A stretch of 64,000 nt of DNA from contig JAYEKO010000015.1 in the NCBI GenBank assembly GCA_034661055.1, positions 28,194-92,193 on the forward strand. Direction: 5' to 3'. The position numbers were made by a program, and so were the translations under genes. Positions 27,146 to 39,000 of this stretch are shown piece by piece. Numbering within the stretch: the stretch's first letter is position 1; each line of letters opens with the position of its first letter. The DNA is from Campylobacterota bacterium. Lineage in GTDB: Bacteria; Campylobacterota; Campylobacteria; Campylobacterales; Sulfurimonadaceae. The notes below the pieces were generated by a model that searched no databases, was not told where the DNA came from, and saw only the letters and a list, made by a program, of their open reading frames with translations.

Positions 27146-27766
27146 ATGAAAGTCACTCTTGAGCATCACACCCCATTAGTTATTTGCGCTAGTGCTATAC
27201 GTACCTGCTGGCAAAGTTTTGATAAAAGCGATAATGGTGGAGAGAAAGATCGAGAACTCATTGATAGAGTTGGCAATAAATTTAAGCATGCATCTACACT
27301 AGAACATCTTGTGTATAACTTTTATATTGAAGATATCAGCCGTGCACTACTTCAAGAACTTGCACGTCATCGTATGGCATCACTATCAGTTAAAAGCACT
27401 CGCTACACGCTTAAAGAACTTAAAGATGAGAGTGAGTTTGGCACTACAGACCTAAAGCGTGCCTCTAAATATTTAGTCTTTACTGATGTTGAGATGGTAG
27501 ATAAAATGAGCATTATGGCGCTCGAGAATCTTCGTGTAGTACTCAATAGCGGTATTGCAAATGATAAGGCTAAATACTGCTTACCTGAGAGCTATAAGAC
27601 AGAGTTAACATGGAGCTGTAATGCCCGTAGTCTGCAAAACTTTATCTCACTACGAAGTGATAAAGCAGCTCTTTGGGAGATTCGTACATTAGCACATGCG
27701 CTATTTGACGCACTTCCGCAAGATCATCAATATCTTTTTGAAGACAGTTTAAAGAAGTACGCATGA
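27146..27766 (+). CDS. thyX: FAD-dependent thymidylate synthase
   Basis: ARHRMASLSVKSTRY (the ThyX RHRxxSxxxxSxR motif). Confidence 0.9.
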   Translation: MKVTLEHHTPLVICASAIRTCWQSFDKSDNGGEKDRELIDRVGNKFKHASTLEHLVYNFYIEDISRALLQELARHRMASLSVKSTRYTLKELKDESEFGTTDLKRASKYLVFTDVEMVDKMSIMALENLRVVLNSGIANDKAKYCLPESYKTELTWSCNARSLQNFISLRSDKAALWEIRTLAHALFDALPQDHQYLFEDSLKKYA

Positions 27767-27999
27767 AAATAGTTTTACTGTTTTCATCTGTTTTAGCATT
27801 CCTATATAGTGGCTGTAGCTCAAAAAATATGACAGTCAATGGCTTAATATGTCCTGCAGGGCATACTAATGAGTTAATACAGGCTGATTTTCGTGAGTGT
27901 TACTATTATGATATGAAAGCGATTGAAGTATCTGCTACACCTAAAATAGATGAAGAGTGTCTAAAGTGTCTAGAGGCTAAGGGATATGTGTTAGAGTAA
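27763..27999 (+). CDS. Small lipoprotein, Cys-rich
   Basis: Lipobox FLYSGCSS. 78 aa; overlaps the thyX stop by 4 nt. Confidence 0.45.
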   Translation: MKIVLLFSSVLAFLYSGCSSKNMTVNGLICPAGHTNELIQADFRECYYYDMKAIEVSATPKIDEECLKCLEAKGYVLE

Positions 28000-28029
28000 T
28001 ATTTAAGAGCTTAAAGCTCTTAAATATTA
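27997..28029. terminator. 33-bp palindrome spanning both stop codons (lipoprotein gene / rplT)
   Basis: TAATATTTAAGAGCTT (27997-28012), A, AAGCTCTTAAATATTA (28014-28029): perfect 16-bp arms. Confidence 0.55.
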
Positions 28030-28380
28030 AAGTGCTGCTTTTGCTTGAGTAACCACTGCAGTAAATGTAGCAGCATCATTCATAGCCATATCAGCAAGAA
28101 TTTTACGATCGAGCTCGATGCCAGATTTCTTAAGTCCATTGATAAAGCGAGAATAGCTAATATCATTAAGACGACAAGCTGCATTAATACGGATAATCCA
28201 TAGTTTACGGAACTCACGTTTTTTCTGTTTTCTATCACGGAAAGCATAAACTAAACTACGTTCAATCTGCTCTTTTGCTTTTCTGAAGTGTTTTCTTCTA
28301 CCGCTGTAGAAACCTTTTGCTAGCTTTAAAATTTTCTTATGGCGACGTCTACGGACTACACCTGTTTTTACTCTTGGCAT
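28027..28380 (-). CDS. rplT: 50S ribosomal protein L20
   Basis: [24 protein letters not shown]...; canonical. Confidence 0.95.
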   Translation of the reverse strand: MPRVKTGVVRRRRHKKILKLAKGFYSGRRKHFRKAKEQIERSLVYAFRDRKQKKREFRKLWIIRINAACRLNDISYSRFINGLKKSGIELDRKILADMAMNDAATFTAVVTQAKAAL

Positions 28381-28474
28381 TTTTTTCCTTTTTCTTTACT
28401 CTTAATGCTACTGCATTAAAGTGCCGTTTTAAACGGACTTGCCCACAATTACTGTGGAGATTTGGCTCATTAAA

Positions 28475-28666
28475 CTATTGAATCATAGCTTTAATATTTT
28501 TTTCGTCAACTTTAGCAACCAACTTAGGCTTGTTTTGTTTGCGACGAGTTTGAGCATCTTGCTTTGTTAAGATGTGACTTCTATTCGCTGTTCCGCGTTT
28601 GATAGAACCATTTTTCTTAACTTTAAAACGCTTTGAAGCGCCTTTTACAGATTTCATTTTAGGCAT
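28475..28666 (-). CDS. rpmI: 50S ribosomal protein L35
   Basis: MPKMKSVKGASKRFKVKKNGSIKR...SHILTKQ. Start moved to the ATG at 28666, which has GGAG 8 nt upstream. Confidence 0.9.
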   Translation of the reverse strand: MPKMKSVKGASKRFKVKKNGSIKRGTANRSHILTKQDAQTRRKQNKPKLVAKVDEKNIKAMIQ

Positions 28667-28798
28667 CGTAAGACTCCTTTGTATAATTCTCAAAAATGAG
28701 GTTCGGGATTATACCGAAATTTAGATATGAATTCAATTAAAAAGAGAATATTGGTAAATAAGAAGAGTACAGCCCGTTAAGAGAGCTGTAGATATAGG

Positions 28799-29329
28799 CT
28801 ATTTCTTTTTATCATCTTTTAGAGGGGTTACTAGCATATTGAAATAGCGTCCCTCAAATTTAGGTGGCTTGTCCATATGTCCAACATCTTCAACCATTGG
28901 CCAGACTTTTAAAAGTACATCTCTACCCGCTTCTGGGTGAGCCATCTCACGACCACGTAAAAAGACACGAAATTTTACAAGTTTTCCAGCTTCTAGGAAT
29001 TCTCTTGCATGTTTTACTTTGTAACTAATATCATTATCAGCAATCTTAACTGAGAGTTTGATCTCTTTAATCTCAATTTTTGTCTGATTTTTACGCTGCT
29101 CTTTTAATTTTTTCTCTTCTTGGTACTTATATTTACCATAATCCATTACTTTTGCAACAGGTGGTTTTGCGTTAGGTGCAATAAGAACAAGATCAAGTCC
29201 AAGTTCGTTAGCTTTATCCATCGCTTCATTAATCGAAACGACTCCTAGTGACTCTTCGCCATCAACATTACAACGAACCTCTGGAACTCTAATGTCATCG
29301 TTCATGATGACTTGATCTTTTTTACTCAA
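28799..29329 (-). CDS. infC: Translation initiation factor IF-3
   Basis: [22 protein letters not shown]...[15 protein letters not shown]. The exact start is uncertain (TTG at 29329 overlapping the thrS stop, or downstream), and IF-3 genes commonly use atypical starts. Confidence 0.9.
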   Translation of the reverse strand: MSKKDQVIMNDDIRVPEVRCNVDGEESLGVVSINEAMDKANELGLDLVLIAPNAKPPVAKVMDYGKYKYQEEKKLKEQRKNQTKIEIKEIKLSVKIADNDISYKVKHAREFLEAGKLVKFRVFLRGREMAHPEAGRDVLLKVWPMVEDVGHMDKPPKFEGRYFNMLVTPLKDDKKK

Positions 29330-31170
29330 AAATGTACCTCTTTAATTTTTTCTTGAATCATAGCTAAAAACTCTGACTCATTTAAGTTATACTGCTCACG
29401 TGTTCTACGATCACGCACTGCAACAGTTCTATTTTCAACTTCCTCATCCCCAATGACTATTATCATTGGAACACGACCTTTTTCTGCTGTTCGAATACGC
29501 TTGTTTAAACTCTCGTTTTTGCTAAATATTTCAGAATCTGCTCCAAAATCAATAAGTTTATCACTTAACTCTTTAGCATATTCGTTGTGCGTTTCAGCAA
29601 TTGGAACAATAGCAACCTGCGTTGGAGCGATAAACATCGGAAATTCACCAGCATAATGCTCTGTTAATATACCAATAAAACGCTCAAATGAACCTAAAAT
29701 AGCTCGATGAATCATAACAGGCTGGATTTTACTGTTACTTTCTCCGTTATATTCTAGTTCAAATCGCTCTGGAAGGTTAAAATCTAATTGAATAGTTCCA
29801 CACTGCCACTCACGACCAATAGCATCGGTAATCTTAATATCAATCTTTGGACCGTAAAATGCTCCACCACCTTCATCAATCTCATAAGGCAAACTGTTTG
29901 AATCCATAGCATTTTTTAGTGCTTGTGTTGAGATATCCCACACTTCGTCACTACCCACTGCTTTTTCTGGTTGTGTTGAGATCATCATCTTGTAATCGAA
30001 TTCAAATGTTTTCATGATTTTATCAACAAAATCTACAACTTCAATAATCTGCTCTTCAATCTGCTCTGATGTACAGAAAATATGGGCATCATCTTGAGTA
30101 AACTCACGAACACGGAAAAGTCCATGCAGTGCACCTGTCATCTCATGACGATGAACGACACCATATTCAAAGTATTTAATTGGGAGATCACGATATGAAC
30201 GCAACTCATCTTCATAGACTTTAATATGTCCGACACAGTTCATAGGCTTAACACCGAACTCTACCTCATCAATATTGGTAAAGTACATATTTTCGCCATA
30301 ATTTTGGTAGTGTCCTGATGTCTTCCAGAGATCAGAACGCAACATCTCAGGGCCACGAACTGGCTCATAACCACGTTTACGGTGTGCTTTATACAGAAGG
30401 TCTTCCAAACGTGCACGAAGGCGTCCGCCTGCAGGTAACCAAATTGGAAACCCTGCACCCACCTCTTCACGAAAGGTAAATAGCTTCATCTGTGCACCAA
30501 TCTTACGATGGTCACGTTTTTCAGCTTCTGCTAACATGGTCATATGATCTTTAAGCGACTCTTTATCTGCAAATGCAATACCGTAAATACGTGTTAACAT
30601 CTCATTTTTAGAGTCACCTCCTAAATAAGCGCCTGCTATCTTTAAGAGTTTGAAAAAACGAATTAGCTTTACTGAAGGCAAGTGAGGTCCACGGCATAGA
30701 TCCTCAAAATCTCCTTGTTTGTAAATTGAAACCGTCTCATCAGGAATTCGCTTCATTACGGCCAACTTCAAGGGATCATTAGCAAATTTCTCTTTTGCCT
30801 CATCCATACTGATCTCATAACGTTGTATCTCATACTTCTTTTTAGCTAAAGAAAGCATCTGTTTTTCGATACGTTTTAGATCACCTTGGCCTATCTCTTC
30901 ATTGACTTTAAAGTCATAATAGAAGCCCTCTCTTACAACTGGGCCTACAAAAAACTGTGCATCCGGATAGAGAGATTTGATAGCTTGCGCCATTAAGTGT
31001 GCTGTCGAATGTCGAAGTACCTCTAATGACTCATCTGAATTATCTAAGACTATATCTTCACCGCTAATACCTTTAGCTTGTGCTGTCTGTAAATCAACAA
31101 TCTCGTTATTATGTTTTATTGCTATAGCATCCACTATATATGTTCCTATATTATGATCACAACAGATCAT
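29326..31170 (-). CDS. thrS: Threonine--tRNA ligase
   Basis: [10 protein letters not shown], class II motifs [14 protein letters not shown] and GAFYGPKID, plus the anticodon-binding C-terminus. Confidence 0.95.
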   Translation of the reverse strand: MICCDHNIGTYIVDAIAIKHNNEIVDLQTAQAKGISGEDIVLDNSDESLEVLRHSTAHLMAQAIKSLYPDAQFFVGPVVREGFYYDFKVNEEIGQGDLKRIEKQMLSLAKKKYEIQRYEISMDEAKEKFANDPLKLAVMKRIPDETVSIYKQGDFEDLCRGPHLPSVKLIRFFKLLKIAGAYLGGDSKNEMLTRIYGIAFADKESLKDHMTMLAEAEKRDHRKIGAQMKLFTFREEVGAGFPIWLPAGGRLRARLEDLLYKAHRKRGYEPVRGPEMLRSDLWKTSGHYQNYGENMYFTNIDEVEFGVKPMNCVGHIKVYEDELRSYRDLPIKYFEYGVVHRHEMTGALHGLFRVREFTQDDAHIFCTSEQIEEQIIEVVDFVDKIMKTFEFDYKMMISTQPEKAVGSDEVWDISTQALKNAMDSNSLPYEIDEGGGAFYGPKIDIKITDAIGREWQCGTIQLDFNLPERFELEYNGESNSKIQPVMIHRAILGSFERFIGILTEHYAGEFPMFIAPTQVAIVPIAETHNEYAKELSDKLIDFGADSEIFSKNESLNKRIRTAEKGRVPMIIVIGDEEVENRTVAVRDRRTREQYNLNESEFLAMIQEKIKEVHF

Positions 31171-31226
31171 ATAAAATTTTTTTGAAATTATGCCCTGTTT
31201 TTACTTTAAATACTAACTGAAGATGG

Positions 31227-31255
31227 TTTTACATGTAATTTAATTACATGTAAAA
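31227..31255. repeat. 29-bp perfect palindrome made of two TTACATGTAA copies
   Basis: TTTTACATGTAATT T AATTACATGTAAAA. Intergenic, between the stop of the 31271-32095 gene and the thrS start. Confidence 0.9.
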
Positions 31256-31270
31256 ATAGATGCAGAGCAG

Positions 31271-32095
31271 TTAATGAGTTGCATTAACCTCTGTTGTGCT
31301 AAGCTCAATCTCTGCTCCTGGAAGAGCTACTGTCTCAGCTACAGCTTTCCCTACAGCATCTTGAGGCGCTTCACTGCTAAGATCCTTTTTAACACTCTGC
31401 TCAACCTCTTCTACAGCTTCTAAAGTCGCTCCTGAAACTTCTTTTAGCTCATCAAGTTTATCATGAAGTGCTTCTAATTCTGCTGCATGGGCTGCTTTAA
31501 GTGCCTCTAACTCTTCTAACTCTTGTGTGAACTCATCCATCTCATCTTTAAGGTCATCAATAGTATCTTCTTGTGTTGATACTAGTTTAACATTTGCACC
31601 ATATTCATAAACAAGCTCTCCACCATCTTTGCCTTGTCTCATGCTACCTGCAATAAAGCCTATTAATAAAATTATGAATAAGGACTTTGCCCATCCACGA
31701 GATACCAACATACTAAATGCTTTCATTGCTGCAAGAATAATAGAAGCATATACTAAATAGGTTCCAATCAGCTTATGCTCTTTTAACTCTGCTTGTCCTG
31801 CGCTACTAAGTAGTGGTCCTGATTCAGAACCGTCAACTTTTCCTGTAAAAAAAGCTGCGAAATAGATAACAACAAGAAGAAGTGTCAAAAATAGTGAAGT
31901 CACACTCATTGCACGTCGCTTAAACGCTATGTTATCAATCTCTACAGATGATTTAAATAGCAGATTACTAAGCTCTATCAATAGAATAATTACAGGAAGT
32001 GCAATAGCAAAATGCACTGCAATAGGATGTACCAATAAAGGGATCTCAAATGGTAACGCCAACGTAAAAGGAATGTCTAAAGCCGGTAAAGTCAT
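31271..32095 (-). CDS. Membrane protein (DUF2231-like N-terminus) with an acidic coiled-coil C-terminal tail
   Basis: HPIAVHFAIALPVIILLIE and 4 TM, followed by EELEELEALKAAHAAELEALHDKLDELKE. Confidence 0.45.
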   Translation of the reverse strand: MTLPALDIPFTLALPFEIPLLVHPIAVHFAIALPVIILLIELSNLLFKSSVEIDNIAFKRRAMSVTSLFLTLLLVVIYFAAFFTGKVDGSESGPLLSSAGQAELKEHKLIGTYLVYASIILAAMKAFSMLVSRGWAKSLFIILLIGFIAGSMRQGKDGGELVYEYGANVKLVSTQEDTIDDLKDEMDEFTQELEELEALKAAHAAELEALHDKLDELKEVSGATLEAVEEVEQSVKKDLSSEAPQDAVGKAVAETVALPGAEIELSTTEVNATH

Positions 32096-32159
32096 AATGT
32101 CTCTCTTTGTGAAATTTTTTTGATTATACCATTATAACTTTAAAGAATAATAGTAATGT

Positions 32160-32981
32160 TTAAAAATAGTAGCCTACTCGCAAGTTGCTTGAGAGATCAC
32201 TCGTAGCATCAGTAAGGCCTTTTGAGTAAGATAATGTAAAAAACCAGTTATCATTTACTCCATAAAAAAGATAGAGAGAAAGGTTTCGAATTTTCTCAAT
32301 CTCTTGAATAACACTATCAGCATTAAGATAAGATAAACTTGTATAGATATTAGCTTTTAAGTAGTAACCAAGCCCAAAATTAAATGATGATGTATTTTGA
32401 AATTTAAAATAATCAGTATCTTCATCGCCAACAACAGTGTATCCGTAGCCACAAAACAGTGAATAGTTTTGAGCAATATAACTCGCAGTAAATGAAGCAG
32501 TATAGTCGACTTCGTTATAACTGCTTTTTTGAGTTGGAACTGTAGCGCCTAAGCCAAAACGTAAAAAAAGGTTCTCTTCATTAAATGGCCTATAGTTGTA
32601 GTACACAGAGACGGAGGTGTCATTAAAACCCTTGCTATTGCTAGAGCCCTCAACATCCAATGAGTAATATGAGGTGTAAAACTGAGCACTCCAGCTATCT
32701 AAAAAAAGATCTGCTTGAAACGTATTTGTTACTGTCTTAAATTCTCTACTAGTACCATAATCAGCACTATCATAAGCAATACCAAGAATGACATCATAAT
32801 GTGAAGCAACAGGGTCAGCATCCATAATTTTGACAATACTACATCCATGCTGATCAATGAGATCAGTTATAGGGGTAGCAGGACATCTATCTTTTTGATC
32901 AATGACTCCATCGAAATCAACATCATCATAAGCAAATATGACCGTACAAACAAAAAAAAGATAGAGTATGCTACGCAACAT
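32160..32981 (-). CDS. Outer-membrane beta-barrel protein with an N-terminal Ca-binding (thrombospondin type 3-like) motif
   Basis: Signal peptide, DFDGVIDQKDRCP, alternating beta-strand pattern, C-terminal ...RVGYYF. Confidence 0.5.
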   Translation of the reverse strand: MLRSILYLFFVCTVIFAYDDVDFDGVIDQKDRCPATPITDLIDQHGCSIVKIMDADPVASHYDVILGIAYDSADYGTSREFKTVTNTFQADLFLDSWSAQFYTSYYSLDVEGSSNSKGFNDTSVSVYYNYRPFNEENLFLRFGLGATVPTQKSSYNEVDYTASFTASYIAQNYSLFCGYGYTVVGDEDTDYFKFQNTSSFNFGLGYYLKANIYTSLSYLNADSVIQEIEKIRNLSLYLFYGVNDNWFFTLSYSKGLTDATSDLSSNLRVGYYF

Positions 32982-32988
32982 CTACCCC

Positions 32989-33558
32989 CTAGATTCTATA
33001 ACTGACTATTCTCATATTGTGTCGCATGATGACAGCTCTTGGAAGTGTACTTGCAATATTATTCACAACAGAGCTAGCGGGAACAACTGCTTGTTGTATA
33101 ACAGTAGATTGTGGGATAACAGTACTGTTTTCAGGTCGATTTGGTGTCGTTTGAGCACTAACTATCTGTGCAGTATTAACACTATCTAGAACTTCAGCAC
33201 CGACAGCACCCTTGCTTGGAATAGCAGACGCTACCATTGCAGCGTCCGCTGTCGCTACACTCTGATAGCTATTTAGTATATTATGCTGTCCATTCTGCTC
33301 ATTAATGCCACTAGAGGCATCTGATAGAGCAACTACACTATTCTTAGAGGGGCTTTTCACCTGATGTTTCAAAGCGATAATAGCGTGCATGCGCTCTGCT
33401 CGACTTAGTTTTGAAAGCTCTCTTTTAAGTTCATTAACAAATTTGTAACGATCACTATCACTAGCTTTTCTTATTTTAAGAATCTGGTGTTCTATGTCCA
33501 TTGCGCTGACGCTATGCAACAAACTTCCTAAAAGCATTAAAACAATCAACTTAAACAA
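32989..33558 (-). CDS. Hypothetical secreted protein
   Basis: Signal peptide MFKLIVLMLLGSLLHSVSA; low-complexity C-terminal half. Confidence 0.4.
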   Translation of the reverse strand: MFKLIVLMLLGSLLHSVSAMDIEHQILKIRKASDSDRYKFVNELKRELSKLSRAERMHAIIALKHQVKSPSKNSVVALSDASSGINEQNGQHNILNSYQSVATADAAMVASAIPSKGAVGAEVLDSVNTAQIVSAQTTPNRPENSTVIPQSTVIQQAVVPASSVVNNIASTLPRAVIMRHNMRIVSYRI

Positions 33559-33637
33559 CTCACACCTCCTCTTGAAAAAATACTAATAAAACTGCATCCT
33601 AATTGCGCAAGTATATTGCAAGTTTGTTAGTTGAATG

Positions 33638-34696
33638 TTAGTGTGTAACTAACGATGACATATCAAGTTTAAAGGTGGTTCCTTTTCCTACCTCTGATGT
33701 AACCTCAATTTTTATTTTCATCTCACCACATAGTTTTTTGACAATGTGCAGGCCAATACCTATGCCACGCTGCTGCTCTTTGTAGAAGCGTTGAAAAATT
33801 TTATCGGGATTTTTAATACCTTTACCACTATCTTGTATTACAACTGTATTTCCAATAGCACCGACATGAACAAAACCGTGGCGCTTATTGTATTTTCCTG
33901 CGTTACTGAGCAGATTGTCAAAAATACGAATAAGTGCATCTTCGTTTGCAGAGATATTCATAAGTCCTATATCTAACTCATAGTGTATGTCTAAATAGAT
34001 TTTCTGCATCGCGTCAACACGATCTTTTAAAAGCTTTGAGAGTTCTATTGAGTCACTTTGAAGCTCATGGTTGACTATATAGCTCTTGAGATTATCTTGA
34101 AGAGAGAGAATAGTGGTAATATTTTGCTCAATCCTAGTCATTTTTTTATCAATAGATGGATCACTGTTTCTCTTTTTAATCATCTTCATATTGATTAGCA
34201 TTGAAGCAATAGGCGTATTAAAGTCATGTAAAATATCTTTAATGAACTCTTCAGTAAGCAAAAGTGCGGAACGAAGTGGATGAAGAGATAAAAATGAGAA
34301 AAAGAGAGCAAGAATAGCAAGAGCCACTGAGACAGCCAGATAGATAAAAATCAGGTTTTTTTTAATCTCATTAACTTGAAGCTGATACTCTTCTTGGGGG
34401 TAAAAAAGCTTCATTAAGTAGTTCTCTGTTTTTGCAATATCATAAAAACTGTAGAGTCCACTCTCGTCTTTATAGAGCCTATAGGTATCTTGGCTAGTCT
34501 TATCTAAAAAGTCAAAATCAAACTGTACACATTTTAAATCATAGTTACATAGCTTCATCTCATTAAAGAGTCGATTATCGAGACTATCTATCTCTCTATC
34601 ATAGTCAAGAGTAAAAATTATGCCTAAAAGAATTTCTAATGAGAAGAAAAAAAGCAAGAAGCTCTTTACAAGAGCTTCAATCTCAAACTTTTTCAA
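33638..34696 (-). CDS. Membrane sensor histidine kinase
   Basis: Two TM, HisKA LHDFNTPIA, HATPase N-box LLSNAGKYN, and G-boxes DSGKGI / GIGIGLHIV. Confidence 0.85.
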   Translation of the reverse strand: MKKFEIEALVKSFLLFFFSLEILLGIIFTLDYDREIDSLDNRLFNEMKLCNYDLKCVQFDFDFLDKTSQDTYRLYKDESGLYSFYDIAKTENYLMKLFYPQEEYQLQVNEIKKNLIFIYLAVSVALAILALFFSFLSLHPLRSALLLTEEFIKDILHDFNTPIASMLINMKMIKKRNSDPSIDKKMTRIEQNITTILSLQDNLKSYIVNHELQSDSIELSKLLKDRVDAMQKIYLDIHYELDIGLMNISANEDALIRIFDNLLSNAGKYNKRHGFVHVGAIGNTVVIQDSGKGIKNPDKIFQRFYKEQQRGIGIGLHIVKKLCGEMKIKIEVTSEVGKGTTFKLDMSSLVTH

Positions 34697-35315
34697 TCAT
34701 ATATCCTACGCCTCTGACATTGCGTATCTCAACTCCTAATCTACTTTTTAGTTTATTTACATGTACACGTAGCGACGCATCAGATGCAATATTTAGAAGA
34801 TCTAAAAGCTGCTCTTTATCTATAACGTGATTAATATTTTGAATGAGAAGATCAAAAATTAGAAGCTGTGTCTCACTTAAGTTTGCCAGTTTTCCATCTT
34901 GATACAGCTCTTTTGTATTTGGTTCATATTCCAAGTTCATATAGCTGATTTTAGATGTTTTATGCATCACTTTTGATTTAACACGAATTAAAAGCTCGTC
35001 AGGGTCAAATGGCTTTTTAATATAGTCATCAGCTCCTACCTCAAAACCATGCGCCATGGAAGCTATGTCCACTAAAGCCGTCATAAAAATTGCAGGGGTG
35101 TCATCATCAGCATCTCGTAAGCTTTTTAGAAGTTCAAAACCATCAATTTCAGGAACATTGACATCAAATATATAGAGTTTGTACTCATTATCGTAAGAGA
35201 GGTCTAATGCTTCTTCGCCATCAAGCGCAACATCAACACTGTAGCCCTCATCTTCTAAAAGCTCCTGAAGCGTCTGAGCAAGTATCTGGTCATCTTCTAA
35301 TAATAAAATATCCAT
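34683..35315 (-). CDS. OmpR-type response regulator
   Basis: MDILLLEDD...YIFDVNVPEIDG...KKPF and a winged-helix C-terminus VRGVGYMI. Confidence 0.9.
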   Translation of the reverse strand: MDILLLEDDQILAQTLQELLEDEGYSVDVALDGEEALDLSYDNEYKLYIFDVNVPEIDGFELLKSLRDADDDTPAIFMTALVDIASMAHGFEVGADDYIKKPFDPDELLIRVKSKVMHKTSKISYMNLEYEPNTKELYQDGKLANLSETQLLIFDLLIQNINHVIDKEQLLDLLNIASDASLRVHVNKLKSRLGVEIRNVRGVGYMIEKV

Positions 35316-35407
35316 GATATCCCCTTTAATGCTAAATTATAGCAAAACTCTAGGGGGATTTTATTATAGAACCATAAAAGAAGCATTAAAAACAGACTTA
35401 TGATACA

Positions 35408-36019
35408 CTAAAGCGCAATTACCTTAATAACATTTTCGTTATCTGAATTATCAAGAAGTATTTTTTCTACACGACGCTGCCACATTATTCCAAATTTTTT
35501 ACGAGACTCTTTCTCTCCAGCAATAGCTCTTCCCATCATCATCTGCATCTGTGAAGGATCGCCATCACCAGCAATACTGCTTGGGTCATAAACCACATCA
35601 ACACTAGCACCTGTATCTACTCGCGTAAAACGTGCAGATGCATTAATTTTTGCATTGAAGTCCATTAATGAATGTCGTGCAAACTTACCGCCAAGTCCTT
35701 TGAAACCGGTAGTTTCAGTTGCTCCTGTAATGTTTGAAATAACATTACCTATAACACCTGTCACTCCTTCGTCAGAAGCTGAAGCAAATGCTACTTTTAT
35801 CTCACCACGGACAGGTAGAGTGTCAGGGTAAAGCGCTTTTAAAGCTTTTAATGTCATCAAGTAAGCTCCAGCAACGGTAGGGCAGCTATGTCCAGCACTC
35901 TGTACACTATTTAAATAATTAAACTCGACAATTCCTTCTTCAAAGCTTCCTAAGACCTCAGAGAGTGGATCATACATAGTAATAGTTTCTACACTGTTAT
36001 AAAAATTTGGATAGTTCAT
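35408..36019 (-). CDS. Hypothetical protein, FmdE-like (GHxCP motif)
   Basis: SAGHSCPTVAGAYLM resembles the HxCPG segment of FmdE-family proteins; this is a weak call. Confidence 0.3.
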   Translation of the reverse strand: MNYPNFYNSVETITMYDPLSEVLGSFEEGIVEFNYLNSVQSAGHSCPTVAGAYLMTLKALKALYPDTLPVRGEIKVAFASASDEGVTGVIGNVISNITGATETTGFKGLGGKFARHSLMDFNAKINASARFTRVDTGASVDVVYDPSSIAGDGDPSQMQMMMGRAIAGEKESRKKFGIMWQRRVEKILLDNSDNENVIKVIAL

Positions 36020-36027
36020 TTTTTTCC

Positions 36028-39000
36028 TTATTTAGTAGTTCTTTTTTCTGACCAGATAAAAATTAGAGGAATAAACAGTAGTGTCAAAAACGTTCCTACT
36101 ATTAATCCTCCAATAGCTACTGCACCAAGTGGGGCTAAACGCTCTAGACCTATTGCCCAGCCCAGTGCAACAGGAATCATTCCTGCTGAGACACTAAAGG
36201 CAGTCATTAGTACGGGACGTGTCCGTATTTTAATGCTCTGTAACATCGCCTCAGCAGCATCAAGTCCCTGTTCCATTTTTTCGGTTGCGAAGTGTATCAA
36301 TAAAATAGCATTGTTTACAATGATTCCGGACAAGAGAATAAAGCCCATCATCGCAGGCATGGAGACATGATAATCTAAAATTAGTAGTATCCATGATCCT
36401 CCAATAATTGTTAAAGGGATAGAAACAATAATCATCAGCGGAATTTTAATAGAGTTAAACAGAGCAATCAGTGTAAAGAAAATAAGAATAATAGCAAAAC
36501 CAATAGCTTTAACCATACGTGATGCTGAATTATTAAACTGTTTAATATCTCCTGTCTGCTCCATTGTAACCCCAGGCGGTAATACTAAGTCTTTAGAAAC
36601 TTTTTCAAACGACTCCATGATATGGGTTATTGCCGCTTTTTCTCTAAAGCCATAGACATTGATGGTGTACTCCAATCCTTCTCGAGTCAACAGTGTCGGC
36701 TCTTTTACTTTTTGCATTATGGCAATAGCATGTAATGGAATCTTACCCTCTTTTGTCTCTATAAGGAGTTCTAAAATCACATCAATAGCATCACGATCTT
36801 TCTCCTCTATCCAGAGACGAATAGGAAAGTCAACACTATTTTGAAGTTCAAATGATGCACTCAAACTTCCACGAATCATCATCTGTAGCTGTTGTACAAC
36901 ATCAGCATTTTTAAGGCCATAATAGGCTGCCATTTTCTCATCAATTTTTAAGTTATACACACTTTTATTACTATTCCATGTTCGTGAAACCGAGACAAGC
37001 CCTTGGGTCTTGTACATCGCTTTTTCTACCTCATCGGCCGCATGCTCTAAATCATTAAGATTAGCTCCATAAAGTGTTACATCGATGTTAGCACGAATAC
37101 TTGCCAAGGCAGTAGCACCAAAATCAACCACTTCTAAGTACTGAATATTCTCAATCTGAGAAAGCTTTTGACGAAGAGCTCTTTGAATATCCCAAATACT
37201 CTCTTCTCTCTCATAGCGGTTGACATATGAAGCAAGTATAGAAATATTATCCGTGCCTCCACCACTACCAATACTTATAACACCCGCTTCACTACCAATA
37301 GAACTAGAGAGTCGTAATAGTTCTCCGGCATCAGTAATAATTTTATTGGCCTCTTGCACCACTGCCTCACTCTGTCTTAAGGAGAGGTTAGGATCTGTTG
37401 TAATTTTAATCTTTACTGAACCCGTATCCATAGGCGGCATTAACTCTTTACCTACCGTGGGCATAACCCCCTTGACGCTTACTACAAACAGCGCTGCTAA
37501 CACGACAAAATACAAGATAGCATACCGTTTCTGATTCAGTGCCGCACTCACGGCATCGGAGAAAAACTTGTAGCTAAAGTCGTTAAATACTCCTGTAATC
37601 TTGTGAAACAGCTTCTCAGCACGTAATATTAAAGGATTTTTAATAGCCAATACTTTAAGAGAAATAAGCGGTACCGCTGTAATAGAAATAACGTATGATG
37701 CCGCTAAGGCTAGCAATAAGGTTGAGACCAACGGACGAAAAACTGTTTGTGGATAATCTCCGACAAACAGCATTGGGGAAAGGGCCACCATAGTAGTCAG
37801 TGTTCCGGAAAGATCGGCAAACATAATCTCTTTTGTCCCACTAAAGACCGATCTTTCAATTTTATCGCCAAGTTCTTTATAGTGCCTTTCAATATTTTCC
37901 AAAACCACGACGGTATCGTCAAGTAGAAGTCCCAAAGCTAAAATAATTGCCGTTAGCGTTACCACATTAAACTCAATGCCGACAATCCACATCAACGCAA
38001 TCGTTGAAGCATAGACCAGTGGAATAGTAAATAACACCACTAACACCTGTCTAAAACTTGCTAAAAACAAAAAGACTACAATTGTTGACATAATAATAGC
38101 ATCACGAAGTGATTCAAACATATTTGAAGTACTTTGAATAATGGTATCTTTTTGCGTATCGGTTATTTCAAAGGTAAGATTTGGATATCTAGTACGAAAG
38201 CTCTCAATCTCATTTTCTGCCGCCTCAATACTTTTAACAACATCAGCATTAATACCTCGCTGCAAGGAAAGGGCAATGGCAGGTTTTGAGTTTCCATAAT
38301 AAAGTGCGCTATTTTCCTTGTGCCCAAAATAGATGTTAGCAATATCACCTAAACGAATATCTTTGGTAATGGCTATCTCTTTTAAGGCACCGATACTATT
38401 GTGCTTACCTTGACTCTTAAGAAGATATCTATCTTTTTCATTGCTAATAAAACCAATAGCATAATCTCTGTCATTTTTCTGTAGTGAGGCAATCAACATA
38501 TCAATACTCATGCCATATTGATCTAAGCTTTTCTTGTCTACAATTACATGTAACTCTTTAGCATGTCCACCAAAGACATCAACATTGGCAATGCCTTGTG
38601 CTTTTAAAAATTTATTCTTTAGCTCATTTTGAGCTAATAATCTAATATCCTCTAAAGAGGTTTGATTGTTATTACTACTAACACAGAGTGTCAATATGGG
38701 AGCTGATGCTGCTGATATTTTATGAAGTATTGGCTCTTTAATATCTGCCGGAAGCACAGAGCGAATCTTATCTAAAGCTGCAGAGACATCGTTGGATGCG
38801 CTACCTAAATCTTTAGAATACTCAAACTCTGCGCGGATAACACTAACTTCATCAATAGTCGTTGAATAAACACGTCGTACCTTATCTATGGTATAGAGCT
38901 CTTGTTCGATTGGAACACTAACTGTTGCGGCAATAGTTTTTGCTGAAGCTCCTGGATTGACAATGACGACTGAAACCTCAGGTCGATTAGAGTCAGGAAA

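Noticed and set aside
29305-29329. Unusual infC start (TTG overlapping the thrS stop)
   Set aside because: IF-3 genes classically use atypical start codons for autoregulation. The exact start cannot be fixed from sequence alone, and this is not anomalous.
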